Source: the human T2T-CHM13v2.0 reference genome, Homo sapiens. From it: DNA of 64,000 bases. The notes under the pieces were generated by a model, which saw only the letters and a program-made list of their open reading frames with translations, searched no databases and had not been told where the DNA came from. Position 1 is the first letter of the stretch; every line of letters begins with the position of its first letter. Below, one piece after another: positions 15,130 through 30,790 of the stretch. The stretch lies in NCBI RefSeq assembly GCF_009914755.1, contig NC_060934.1, one strand, 5' to 3'. The position numbers were made by a program, and so were the translations under genes.

Positions 15130-17872
15130 GAAACCCTGATGAAGCCACACCTGTTTGGGGTACAAGAGGACACACGTGTTCCATGTCATGAGGGTCGAAG
15201 CAAGAGTCTGCCTCACATGAACACAGATATTTTCCTTTAAGCTAGAAGATGATCTTTATTTTCATTTTTTAAGATTCTCAAGGTAATTTATAGATGAGAA
15301 GCTAGAAATAAAGGTTGTAGCCTTTATTTCATATGACATCATTTCTAGAAAATGACTGAGCTTGCCAGCAAGGAATTGCCCTAGTGATTTTTAAATGATT
15401 CCAGTTAATTGAGTTATTGAGACATTTTTTCTCTGTGATTTTCTCCCTCATCTACTTGAGCATTTTGCTAATTCTCATACTTGAGTAATTCCTAAAGTCT
15501 CTCATCTTTTCTCCTGTTCCTAGAAGTGTCATGTAAACTTGGAGATCACGCTGACTCCACATGTTCCCCAGCTTACCTGGATCCTCCATTTGGCTTCTTA
15601 GTCAACCCTTGTCGACTTCCCTGTAAATCCCACACAGACATTGTCCTTTATACCTGATGACCTCCTGAATCCAAAAGCTACATTTTCCACTGTCTGCCAA
15701 AATCTTTCACTGGATATCTGGAGAACATTTTCCTTTATGTGTCCATTGTGAACCAAACGAGAACAAACACTACATTGTCTTCTCTTTTGCCCTTTTTACC
15801 CATTGTGACAGCTTTGTAGAATTGAAACTCAAAAATTGTTCTGACCCTTTTTCATCCTCTTTGCCCTCACAGCCTAGTCACTTTTCTAAAGATCCTCTGC
15901 CACATGTCCTGGATATCCATCCTGGACATCTGATGGACCCTGGTGTCTCTTCCTGTCACTAATCTTGCATGTGACTTCCATTTTGTAGGACTGAAATTTT
16001 CTAACTTGGGTAACAATGATGTCATTTTCTGTTTTAAAAATTCCAATAAAAACTTCAGTGCATTTCTGTCATTAAATACACGCACCTTAGTCCAACATTT
16101 AATGGTTTTCAGTGTTCTCCCTTAAAACAGGGCTATCCCTTTTTCCTTTTTCTCCACTGTTTCTCCTATGTTTCTTGTGCTATAACCAAAGTGAACTCTA
16201 AGCAGGTTCCTAAATATCTGTTCAACTTTCCCAGCCCTGTGCCATGGTTAATGCTGTTCTGTGTACCAGATGTGCTGTCCCTTTCCTCCTTCCTTTTATA
16301 TCAACCTGCTAACATCTTACCCAGCCTTTAAAACGGCCTAATTTTTCTAAAGTCTTTAGTGACAAGTACAGCTAGATACACTGTTTCACCCTTCTTTGAA
16401 ATTCTATGTTCTATTACTAGTACTTCTACAGGGATGCTTGTTCATTTACACAAGTATTTACTGATACTTTATATCGATTGCTGTGCTTTTATTATTTGTG
16501 TACTTTTATTGTGATTTTCTGAGCTTAGTTGATGATACCTTTATGAAGAAATGTATTAGGTTTTACTCATGTTTTAATGTCTGACTTATAGCTGTTATCA
16601 CAGTAGATGTGGCACTGTAGTTATTGCAAGTCTTGTCTCTCAAGGATAAAGCCTTATCTTGGTATCCTTCAAAATGGCAAGATGTTCATTCTCACCACAT
16701 ACAATTGCATTGTCCACTGTGCCCTGCCATGATTTTCACATTTCACTCAATACCCATGGTCTGCATCAATCTGGAATCATGCATTCTGCCATCTGCCCCT
16801 TTCCTTGAAAGTCCTGCTGGCTGCAAAACAGCTGAGATTTACTAATGGGTTAATATGTTACTTCGCCCCTAATTAAAGCTATTGGTATTTAACAGGAACT
16901 TGGCCTAGATAAGGGGTGACTCAACTCTAGAGAATTTCTGAGTGGCTGGTGGACTGATGGGATGATATTTTGGGTCTGGAACAGTTTTCAATGCCTGGTA
17001 AGTGGCTGACAAGTTTATCTGTGTCTGAGAGATAGCATACGAGATTCCTGTAAACATGCGTCCATGCACTCGCTCACAAATGTACCAGGGCCCTGCAATC
17101 CTGTGAACGCCAGGTTCCTAAGAACAGTAGTAAGGCTCACCTACCTTTGTTCCTCAGGGAGCCAATGAGGGCCCAGCCATTGCGCAAGTCTGGATTCGTA
17201 GGAGATCACCTTTTATTCCAAATCACATCCTAGTTTTTGTCTTGGTCTGAATGGAAACATTAGGGGAAACACAGAGGAAAATCAGAAAGGAATCTCCAGC
17301 AACTAGTGGGAATATTAATATTTTAAGATCCCATCTCTACCTTTAATGGTAAGTTTACCTCTGTCTCTAGATTTTACCCACCCCCCCTTCCCTGGACCCA
17401 TAATAACAATGAAATATTTTTATAATAAGAGAATATTTATCCATGAGTTGGGGGAATAATCAGACCCTCAATATTGTGCTATGAAAGACTGAGTACATTA
17501 CTGCTCTAAAATCTGATGAAATCTACTCTTCCAAGAAAAACCAAAGGCAGGTTCTAATAAAACAGCTTTTGATTAGTGCTTCTGTTTTTATAGACGTGGC
17601 GTGGTACTGATGGTGGTGTCTCGTCCATTCTTTCAGACACGTATTTCACATAAATGCACTAAATAAAACAATGCAGTTTTCTTTATTTCTCTACACATAC
17701 AAATACACATGCAGACATTCATGCTTTTGGCAATTAAAAATACATTATTTTAGATAATTTGGTGACAGAGGTCAGCAAATTAACTCAGAAAATATAGAAA
17801 ACTTTTCTTTTAGACCTGTTAAACAGCATTTTCCATGAAAATAACATTGCAGTAAATTGATACGCTAGGCAA

Positions 17873-18165
17873 GGCTGGGCGCGGTGGCTCACGCCTGTAA
17901 TCCCAGCACTTTGGGAGGCCGAGGCGGGTGGATCACGAGGTCAGGAGATCAAGACCATCCTGGCTAACACGGTGAAATCCCGTCTCTACTAAAAATACAA
18001 AAAATTAGCCGGGCAAGGTGGCGGGCGCCTGTAGTCCCAGCTACTCAGGAGGCTGAGGCTGGAGAATGGCATGAACCCCAGGGGGCGGAGCCTGCAGTAA
18101 GCCGAGATCGCACCACTGCACTCCAACCTGGGGGACAGCGAGACTCCGTCTACAAAAAAAAAAAA
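17873..18165 (+). mobile_element. AluYe5/Ye6-like
   Basis: Ye-type diagnostics (gaaccccagggggcggagcctg, gacagcgag). TSD ATTGATA(C/T)GCTAGGCA. Confidence 0.85.
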
Positions 18166-18999
18166 TATTGATATGCTAGGCATGAAATGACAAGCATTCC
18201 TTTATAATAGGTCACCGCATATCTGATAGATATATCTGATGGGTTCACCTGGTTTTGCCATAGTCCTCAATCTTGGGTCAGTTTTATTGAAGCTAAAAAT
18301 TGTAAGGTTAATGAGTGATAGATAAAAATTATATGTCGATAATCACTTAGATGAATGATTTTTTTAAAAAATTTTTTAATAAATATTTCAGAAAGTTACT
18401 ACGGAGTCTACAATTTTATAACTAAATGTCTCACTGAGAACCAAGTACACAAAAATATACCACATGAAAAGGAATTAAGCTAACATTTTAATTGAATAAT
18501 ATAAATAAATACCAAGATTTACAAAGAATACAGGCATCCATGCACATGTATAGTTTTCATGTTAGTACAGCTTTGAAAATATTAGGAAAAGGTCTAGCAA
18601 AATTACCAGTCTTACCAATATAAAGACAGTTTGGATTTTTGTTGAAAACAAAATCAAATGAAACAGAACTTAAATTATAAAAAAATGCAAACACACACCC
18701 ACATGAGTAATTCCATGAGTATTTAGATTTCAATAGTTTTGTACATCTTGTGAACACAGGCTCTTCATTTCTTCTCATTCCACAAAAGATAATGTATAAA
18801 CTAAAATGGGGGTAAAATATGAAAAATAAGAAGGAGATAAAGTAGAATCAAACAGATTTTTTTTTCATTCATTCATTCAACAGATATTTATTAAGTATCC
18901 ACTATTGACCTGGAATTTCATGTTTTAGTATTATAGTACCTATCATAAATTCCAATAATAAAGCCTTCTCAGTTATTATTTTTTTAATTGAAGAAATGG

Positions 19000-20120
<1,121 letters not shown>

Positions 20121-20216
20121 TACAAAATCGAATTCATTTAATTTAGATTTCAGTTAAATCATTCTTATCAAAATGGTCCTGAGTAATAAGCTTTGGCCAA
20201 ATTAATGAGTAGTAGC

Positions 20217-20677
20217 TATGAACCCCCAAAATTTGACAGGTCTCAGTTAATTTAGAAAGTGTATTTTGCCAAGGTTGAGGATGCACCCGTGACACAGCCT
20301 CAGGAAGTCCTGAAAACATGTGCCCAAGGTGGTCAGGGCACAGCTGGGTTTTATACATTTAGGGAGACATGAAACATCAATCAATATATGTAAGAAGTAC
20401 ATTTGTTCGGTCTGGAAAGGCGGGACAACTTGAAGCAAAGGCAGGAAAACTCCAAATGAAGCTGGGAGGCAGCTTCCAAGTCACAGATAGATGAGACACA
20501 AATGGTTACATTCTTTTGAGTTTCTGATTAGCCTTTCCAAAGGAGGCAATCAGATATGCATCTGTCTCAGTGAGCAGAAGAGTGATTTTGAATAGAATGG
20601 GAGGCAGGTTTGCCCTAAGCAGTTCCAGGCTTGAGTTTTCCTCTGTGATTTTGGGGATAAGATATTTTCCTTTCACA
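20217..20677 (-). mobile_element. MER4A-type solo LTR (ERV1)
   Basis: Reverse complement begins TGTGAAAGGAAAATATCTT...GGGCAAACCTGCCTCCCATTCTATTCAAA. Perfect 4-bp TSD TAGC. Confidence 0.88.
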
Positions 20678-22593
20678 TAGCCTACTGGTCCAAACACATA
20701 GAGTGAACAGAATTTCTCAGACTCTCTGCCATAAAAATGAAGTGGGAACTTCTCTTTTGCATTTGTATCATTACATATGTAGACACAGCCAGCAAGTTTC
20801 TTTCTAATGACTGCCGAAAAATCGAGCAACTCCAATTCCCAGATTTAAGGGGTCATGAAGGATACTCTGATTTAACAATAATTTTATCCCTAAAATAGAC
20901 TGTCACATGGCATCCAACTGTCTTGTGGGCAAAATAGGTCATGGAGCAATGACTCCTTTAGCTGTTTTTGAGGTGGACTGTGGGATGCCGGGTGTCACTC
21001 GCTACGGGGCTGTGCCTTTGTATTCACATTTCTGGCCCCACAGGAGTTTCATAGATAACCTAATTTCACCTCTTTTTTCTCAGAGAGGTAGAATTATTAC
21101 TCTATGCACCTGAAGTTTCATTTCTGTTTAAGTCTTTGACACATAGAACATAGACAAACTGTGATGGAATTAGGCAATATCAGAAAGAGAATAGTAGGTA
21201 GCTACAGAAAAATAAACATTAACTTCATAAACTATGGTACTTTTTGATAACAGTATTTGCAATTATCATTGCATAATTTTGATTGAGATCACAGTTACCA
21301 TCTAAAATCCAGATAAGTGTTTTGTCATGTGGTGAGCACAGTTTGTAAAAAGATTTATTTTGCAACCAAGGGGGTTTATATACATATAGAGAGAGTGACA
21401 AATCCATAGATTTCATTTTAATAACAGAGTGAAGATAAAACAAAGGATATCTGGCAATTGCATATCTTGAAATAGTCACCTAAGTAAAAATATTTAACAG
21501 AAATTTTTTGTTTGTGATGTTTATGTAATTCATGTTACATAATTTTATATATTATACATTGTTATACTATGTGTACTAAATATAATGTAATGTATTGGTG
21601 GAGATAAAACGTGGTTTTATTTCTATAGGGATGAGAGAAATCTAAAATAGAGTCAATCTATTTGTGTGAATGCATTAAATACTACAGCAAATTTAAAGGG
21701 TAAAATAATAAAACATTCGATCTTCTAAAAAAGTTATTAAAACTTGGCAAATGCAGGAATGCACTATTAATGATTTTGTTTATTGGGATCTGAGCTATGT
21801 TCATTTATTATCAAATACTACTGCTTTTCTGAAAAAATAGAAACTTTTTATAGTCAGCATAAAAGCAGAAATAAATCAATTACTATAATGATGGAAATAG
21901 TTGGAAATGCAATGTACAATTTCATATCAAATCAAATTCAGTGTGTTTCTTGGCCTGGTTTGCTAATTCTTTCTGCCACCATAAAATTTGGCTGCAACAG
22001 GGCAATAGAATACTGGTGAGAAAATACTGGGTACCACTTTTTTAAAAGGAGAAAGGAAGAAGTCAAAGGAGTAAAACCAATGTGTGCAAAGCAGCACATG
22101 TTTACTCCCCTAACAACTGAAGAAGGGTAGCAATTTTGGATTAGAACCACGGCGCGTGGAAAGGAGTTTGTCATTTGTGTTCACATCCTCAGGCGCTGAA
22201 AGGTATCACCTGGCAAGGATCCTGCCCAGGCGAGCAGAGGTGACGCTGCCTCTTTCCTGGCTGTGTGCCCACATCCAAAGCCTGTTCCTGCTTCCCCTCC
22301 ATGTTAGAGGGGATGGTTCCAGGAGGCCGCATGGCACGTTAAAGCAAAACAAAACCAATGCCCTGCTCTTCTTCTTCATGCAGCTCCCATATTCACTATG
22401 ACAGCCCAGAATTCCTCATCCTAATGATGGTGCAGGAGACTCGGGTTCTGGCCAGTCCTCTCTCCCCAGCAGCTCCTCCCTTCTCTGGCCTCGCTCTTGG
22501 CTGACGGAGTGATGGTTTCTTTCCATGAGAGACTCTGAGAAGAGCTTGACTTTAAAATATTAGGTTTGTTTTTCCTCCTGTTCTCCTTGGATT

Positions 22594-22906
22594 TCTTTTC
22601 TTTTCTTTTTTTCTTTTTCTTTCTTTTTTTTTTTTTTTTTTTTTTGAGACGGAGTCTCCCTCTGTAGCCCTGCCTGGAGTGTAATGGCGTGACCTCGACT
22701 CACTGCAACTTCCAGCTCCGGGTCCCGGTTCAAGCAGTTCTCCTGCCTCAGCCTCCCGAGTAGCTGGGATTACAGGCACGCGCCACCATGCCCAGCTAAT
22801 TTTTGTATTTTTAGTAGAGACAGCGTTTGAACTCCTGACATTGTGATCCACTCACCTCGGCCTCCCAAAGTGGTGGGATTACAGGCGTGAGCCACCGTGC
22901 CTGGCC
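22594..22906 (-). mobile_element. AluS with small internal deletion
   Basis: Dimer with ~24 bp missing after gagacagcgttt. TSD GATTTCTTTTC. Confidence 0.9.
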
Positions 22907-22948
22907 AAGATTTCTTTTCTAAGAAAATAGAGAAAAAAATATATAGAA

Positions 22949-23356
<408 letters not shown>

Positions 23357-23694
23357 TCAATTAACATAGCTCACATCCAAATAAATTCATTAATAGTGCA
23401 TTCCTTCATTGGCACTCTTCTAGTAAATTTTTTAAATGATTCAATGTTATACTATTTTACTGTTTAAGTTTGCTCTAGAATTTATTGCATTCATACAAAT
23501 AAATGTTCTCTTTTTCAGATTTCTCTCCTCCTTATAGAAATAAAACCATGTTTTTTTCTCCACCAATATGTTAGATATATTTATTCCAAATAGTATCATA
23601 TGTATAGTATATATAGTTACATACATACATAAATATATATTTTTTTCTTAGTGCAAAGTCATTGTTTCTTTGAGCCTAAAAAGCCATAAAAGTT

Positions 23695-24046
<352 letters not shown>

Positions 24047-26489
24047 CTACCAACTCGATTTTTAAAAATATTTTCTTATATTGAGGTGTACTTTCTTTTC
24101 AATACCATTCATCTTCCCACAATCTCCCCCTTCAATCATTTGGGGAAAATATGAGCCTTTGAGAATTTAAAACCCCTATTTCGCAGGCAATTTTCTTTGT
24201 GTGCTTTGTCTTCTGACCACATTCTCTGTAACTCTGTCAGTTGATAGCAATCAGTATTTAGGATACATTAAGAGCATGGCAGAACCAATAATTTTTTTTC
24301 TTTTGCAGTTGAATTGGAAATTCATGCTTTTAATTGTGTTTTCAGAGATAACTTGAGGTTTTGCGTTTTGGGGGTTTTGATTGTTCCTTAAAAGAAGGGG
24401 GTGGATATTTTAGAGCAAGAGTTACTTTTGTTTTCACAAAAGACACAAATCTTATTTCATTGCTTTGTTTTTCCCCCAGGAGTTAGGTTAAAGGTTATCT
24501 CCCTAAAAACTTCAGACTGGTCATTTGGCTCCGTGCTAAGTAAATAACTTTGTTCTGAGGTCTTAACTTAGTTTAGGTAAACCCAGCAGCAGTTAGGGCT
24601 CTGGTGTTTTCATGTGCATAAACTGCACCTCAGAGGAAGTTAATGCATAGTATTGCTGGAATCTGTGGAAAATCTGACTTTTTAATTCTCTATATGTATA
24701 ACGTGCTTGTTAGGCCATTTAGCTGAAAACGCATCAGCAGAGCTCAAAATAGAAATACGTATATCTAATTATGTGCATAAACAATAAGCCAAGATTGCAA
24801 CATCTGGTACTTTTGCAATCATGAATACCTGGCTTTAGGCTTCCCAGCATGGGGGATCGTTTTGGTCAAGGGCACAATGACACTTCCTGGGTTCGGATAA
24901 TAGGGGTGTGAAAGGAGATGCAAATAGGCCTGTTCATTCCCGTCATCGGGACTCCAGAGGCTGATTTTCTAGTTCATGGTTTTATCCTCGTTTTTTTTTT
25001 CTTCCTATCTTTAGTACAATGAACTTCTGTATTTTTTCATTGCTTGTCTTTCTAAACCAAGTTGGTGTTGAGGGGGTGGTGTAGTGACCCTTTCATATTA
25101 TAATTCTTTGTTTTTTGGGGTTATTTATGTTTCTTGTCAATGTTTACCTTCTCCCTCTAATTATTCCTTTGCAGGATCATGCATTTATAAGACTGGACAG
25201 GAATTTAAGGGGCCACCTTGGGAAAAAGAACTGAACGTGTGCTGAGCAGCTACCATGAGCTGGGGCTCTTTCACCTGCTCTCTGGGTGAACTCCCAGCCC
25301 TCAAGTCTTTGGACTTGGACAATCTGTAGCTGGAAAGAAACACAACCACAGTCCAACCCATTCTTCAGTTATATTCAAGAGGCCAAGCAAGGTGAAATCA
25401 TTTACCCACGTTTCTATACCTTCTTTGCTGGTGCTAAGTGGGGATGGAGAGTGAAACCAAAAACTAAAGCCATGATAAGAACAATAAAGACAAACTGTTC
25501 CTCTGAAAGAACAAACGTTTTTGTAATCGCAGACACATTTCTTTAGCTGCTGTATAAGCCAAATACTGTTTTTCCTCTCAATAGACATTTGACAGTTGTT
25601 CTTACATAGATGTCCATGCATGTTGTTTCGTCAAATATCCACATAGAATCTGCCACAGCGCTGTGTTCCCACACCCCAACACACACAGTCCAGTGTGTTT
25701 GGTATTAGAATTCTTCGAACTGTGGGCTAAGGACATTGTTTGGAATGATTTGGATTCCAATCGGTGTTCTGCCCACTGGACGAGACTGCTCTGAGACAGT
25801 GTGGGAGGTGAGCCCAATATCAGACAGTGAGAAAGCCACTCACGTCTGGCCTCTGCTTGGTGAGCTAGAGGAAGCTGCGTAAGTGAGTGGGAAGAAATAA
25901 TGAATTGCTTGCAGGAAAGTATGTGAGAATCCACTGAACAAGAGGCGGTGCTAATCAACACAGGGACTCTGACACTGTTTTAAAACAGATGCTTCCAGAC
26001 TCCGAGAGGAAGGAGGGAGGACAGAATGTCTTAAATTTCTTTCGAGCCCTTCTGTTTTCTAAACAATGAAATAAAATAAAAAAAAAAAGAATGTGGGTAA
26101 AATAGCTTCCACCCACATGATACCATAGACATAGCAATACTATATTTCCTAGTGTTATTTTGGATTAATAAACTCTCTTCTACTGTAAATTGTTTATAAT
26201 TTTGTCCTCATTTTTTTCTAAACTATCCATAAAATTTCCATTTCTCTTAATTCAAGATTCAACTAACCAGTCTAGAAGAATTTCTCCAACATTTCAAGTT
26301 GTCTTTGACCACAATTTCCTTTTGACACTTAAACATATGTACTCTCTTTTTAAAAAATGCCTTTTTTTCTTATCTCTGTCTATCCCTCTAAACCCTCCTA
26401 AATAAATAATTTGGGGGTACATTGTACTTATTTTTTTCCTTTTAGCTACACCTGCTGAAATGGGATAAATTTTACTTCTCCTATTGCAC

Positions 26490-26793
26490 TTTCTTTCTTT
26501 CTTTCTTTTTTTTTTTTTTTTGAGATGGAGTCTCTCTCTGTCGCCCAGGCTGGAGTGCAGTGGCGTGATCTTGGCTCGCTGAATGCTTTGCCTCCCAGGT
26601 TCACTCCATTCTCCTGCCTCAGCCTCCCTAGTAGCTGGGACTACAGGCGCCTGCCATTAAGCCCGGCTAATTTTTTGTATTTTTTTTAGTAGAGACAGGG
26701 TTTCACCATGGTAGCCAGGATGGTCTTGATCTCCTGACCTTGTGATCCACCCGTCTCGGCTGAGATTACAGGCATGAGCCACCGCGCCCGGCC
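26490..26793 (-). mobile_element. AluY-like
   Basis: Dimer with a small deletion in the left arm. TSD TGCACTTTC. Confidence 0.9.
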
Positions 26794-27169
26794 TGCACTT
26801 TCATTTTAAAATATGTTAGTGATTTGAGATCTGTGTTCATATTTATCTCTACATCTAGGTTGTAATAACCTTGAGGGCAAATGCCTCGACAGACCTTAAT
26901 CCCCTGCATTTCTGTACCCAAGACTGCATGCAGTGCCTCTGTGTAATATCATGGCAGTGTATGTTGCAGACCAGATGAGGTCTTGGTTAATTAAATATTT
27001 TCATATGAGTAACTCATCTTTTCAGTGAGATCATAAACTCTGCAAGAGCTGTGCACTTGACTCCCTCTGGTACTTGACAAATGGTAGGTATTTAAGCGAA
27101 ACATGAATCAGTTGAAATAAGACAGTGGGTAAGAATCTGTGTGGAACATATGCTAGCATCCTGCTATTC

Positions 27170-27400
27170 CTACACATTAGTACCATATGTACTACTTGCT
27201 AGATGCTGCCTTAAGTAGTTTTCAGGCATTACCTGATTTGTTTCTCCTACCCTAAAGTATAGGTATAATTACTATTCCTATTGATAAGCAACAAAATTAA
27301 GGCACAGTAAGGTAAGCAAATTGCCCAAGTTCATATTACTCAGAACTAGTAGAACTGGTATCTCACCCAAGTTTTCTTTCTCCAAGATCAAGCCATTATT
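27170..27400 (-). mobile_element. MIR fragment
   Basis: aaggcacagtaaggtaagcaaattgcccaagttcat core-like sequence. Confidence 0.6.
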
Positions 27401-27416
27401 CAGTAATACTCTAAGT

Positions 27417-27926
27417 CAGGGGTCCCCAACCCTGGACAAGGAAGGGCCTGTTAAGAAGCAGGCTGCATAGCAGGAGGTGAGTGGCAGCCAAGGGATCAAA
27501 GCTTCATCTGTATTTTACAGTTGGTCCCCATTGGTCGAATTACTGCCTGAGCTCTGCCTCCTGTCAGACCAGTGGCAGCATTAGATTCTCATAGGAACGT
27601 GAGCCCTATTGTGAACTGCACATGTGAGGGATCTAGGCTGCATGCTCCTTATGAGAATCTAATGCCTGATGATCTGTCACTGTCTCCCATCACCTCCAGA
27701 TGGGACCATCTAGTTGCAGGAAAACAAGCTCAGGGCTCCTACCTATTCTACATTATGGTGAGTTGTGAAATTATTTAATTATTTATTACAATGTAATAAT
27801 AATAGAAATAAAGTGCAAAATAAATGTAATATGCTCAAATCATCCCAAAACCATCCCCCGCCCATGGATGGAAAAATTATCTTCCACAAAACCAGTCCCT
27901 GGTGCCAAAAAGTTTGGGGACTGCTG
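27417..27926 (+). mobile_element. MER1A hAT-Charlie DNA transposon
   Basis: Terminal inverted repeats CAGGGGTCCCCAA / TTGGGGACTGCTG, internal inverted repeat gcattagattctcata/tatgagaatctaatgc, and 8-bp TSD CTCTAAGT/CTCTAAAT. Confidence 0.92.
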
Positions 27927-28860
27927 CTCTAAATAATTTATGCCCTATATTACTTGATAATAAATATTTATTTTTTCATTAAGTTAAAATCTGCAGACAA
28001 ATATTCTTCCTCTTTAGGACATAGTTGTGTGAGTTTGGACAAACGCATACACTCATGTGATCATCAAAAAATGAAGATAAACAATAGTTTATCAACAAAA
28101 AAAAACCCCAGGTTGCTTTAAAGTCAACACTTCCCTGGCAACCACTGATCTTTTCTCTATACTTATGGTTTTGCATATTTCAAAACTGAATTATATAATA
28201 TGTGGTCTTTTGAATCTGACATACTTCACTTACAGTAATCACTTCAGAATTCATCCATGTTGTGGCTTGTATCAGTAGTTTATTCCTTTTGTTGCTGAAT
28301 TCCATTGTGTGGATATATCACAGCTTCTGCAGTCACCGGCTGATGCGTGACTGAGTGGTTTCCAGTTTTTGTTGATTCTGAATCAAGCCAATTTAAAGAT
28401 TCGCATACAAGTATTTGTGTTAACATAAGTTTTTATTTTAGTTGGAATGATACCTAGGAGAAAGGTTGCTGGGTCATGTGATAATTATATGTTTAGCTTT
28501 CTGAGAACTTCCCAATTCTTTTGTGAACTTGCTGTACCATTTTGCATTTTTACCAGAAATATATGTCTCCATTGTCTCCAAATCCTAACTGGTATTTGGT
28601 ACTGTCATTTTTTTTTTTAGTTTATCCTTTTGAATAATTTTATAATTTTAGATTTTCCATTTAAATTTATAATTCACTTTGAATTTTATTAATTTTAAAA
28701 ATGCAATGCATCAAATTATTTGCTTGTTTTGCATATGAATTTTCAATTGTTCTAGCACTGTTTGTTAAAAAGATTATACTTTCTCCATTTAATAGTCTTT
28801 TACCTTTGTCAAAAATCAATTGACCATAGATGTGTGAGTGTTTTTCTGTACATTCTATTC

Positions 28861-29064
28861 CAGGGGCAGCAAGCTATTTTTTTTTTTCCTTTTGTAAAAG
28901 GTCCAGAAAATAAATATTTTAGGCTTTGTGGACCACATAATGTTTGTTTGTAACTACTTAATTCTCTTTACCACAAAAGCAGCTATAGAAAATATACAAT
29001 TGAATAAGTGCACCTGTGTTGCTAGGCTGAATTTGGCCCCAGGAGCTATGGTTTGCTGATCCTG
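28861..29064 (+). mobile_element. MER58A hAT MITE
   Basis: caggggcagcaa...aaatattttaggctttgtggaccaca...gtttgctgatcctg. Confidence 0.8.
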
Positions 29065-29649
29065 GCTCTATTATATTCCATTTATTTATATGTCCACTCT
29101 TAGGCTAATACCATGCCTTTTAGATTGGTGTAGTTCTGTAATAAGTCTTGAGATTAGGTATAACAAATCCTCCAACTTTGTTACAATTTTTTTTGACTAT
29201 TTGCCTTTCTACATAAATTTTACACACAGCCTGTTGATTTCTACAACAAATCCTGCTGGGATTTTAATTGGAATTGTGTTGAATCTATAAATCAATTTAG
29301 AGACAATTAATATCTCAGCAAATTTGAGTTTGAATTCTTCCAACTAATAAGCATGATATATCTCTCTTTTTAATTTTTTTCATCTTTATTGATTTCTTTC
29401 ATTAGTGTTTTATAGTTTTCAGTGCATATACTTTGAACATATTTTGTTAGATTTATACCTAATTTTTTTGTGTGTAATTTTAAAATTTTCATTTTCAATT
29501 GTTCATTGCTAGCAGATATAAATGTGATTTAGATTTGCATATTGACCCTATTTCATGTGACCTGGTAAGTTTGCACAATAGTTCTCATAGCTTGTTTATA
29601 GATTTTTTAGAATGTTCTACATAATTATGTCATATGAAAATTGTTTTAA

Positions 29650-29984
<335 letters not shown>

Positions 29985-30429
29985 TATTTTTTAAGTTTTT
30001 TTATTGCACTGGCTAAGACCTTCAACATGATGTTAATGGGAGTAGTAAGAGTGGACAGCTTTATCTTCTTAATCTTAGGGAGAAAGAATTCAGTCTTCCA
30101 CCATGCAGTATGATGTTAGCTATAACTTTTTTTGTAGACTCATTTTTTCTTAAGGAAGTATTCTTCTATTTCCAGATTGTTAAAGAGTTTTTATCATGGA
30201 TACATGCTGAACTCTGTCAAGTATTTTTTCTATATCTATGTGGATGCTCACATGTTTTTCCTTCTTCATTAGGTTGATAAGACGAATTACATTAATTTTT
30301 AAATGTTGAACTAGTCTTTTATTCCCTGGATAAGCCCTGCTTGGAATAATGTATTATCCTTTTTCATGTTACTAGGTTTGACAAACTACAATGTTGTTGA
30401 GGATTTTTGTTGATTGTCTGAATCTCATT

Positions 30430-30790
30430 TCGTTGTCCTAGTCAGATAGAAAGGCTTTTTTTCCCATCCTCCCTTCCAGTTATTTTGGGACCATGTGATT
30501 AATTCTGGCCAATTAGACAGAAGGAGGAATGCTCTTTCAAAGTTGAGGCATGAGTTTTCTTTCCCTCTTTCATCTTCTGCCAGAGTGATTATGTTGATAA
30601 TGTGAAGACTGAAGATGGAAACAGACTCAATTCTTGAGTTACTACTCAGAAGAGAGCTTCCCTGGAGAATCCTTGGACCTGCAACACAGTTGGGGGTGAA
30701 TGGATAAGATATCTTGTTTATTAAGTCACTGAGATGATGGAATTAATTTGTTAACATGGATTAAATTAGTTAAATTAATTAAATTATACT
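30430..30790 (+). mobile_element. Old MLT1 (H/I/J-like) MaLR LTR
   Basis: ccatgtgattaattctggccaat ... ttaagtcactgagat...ttgtta motifs. Confidence 0.55.
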
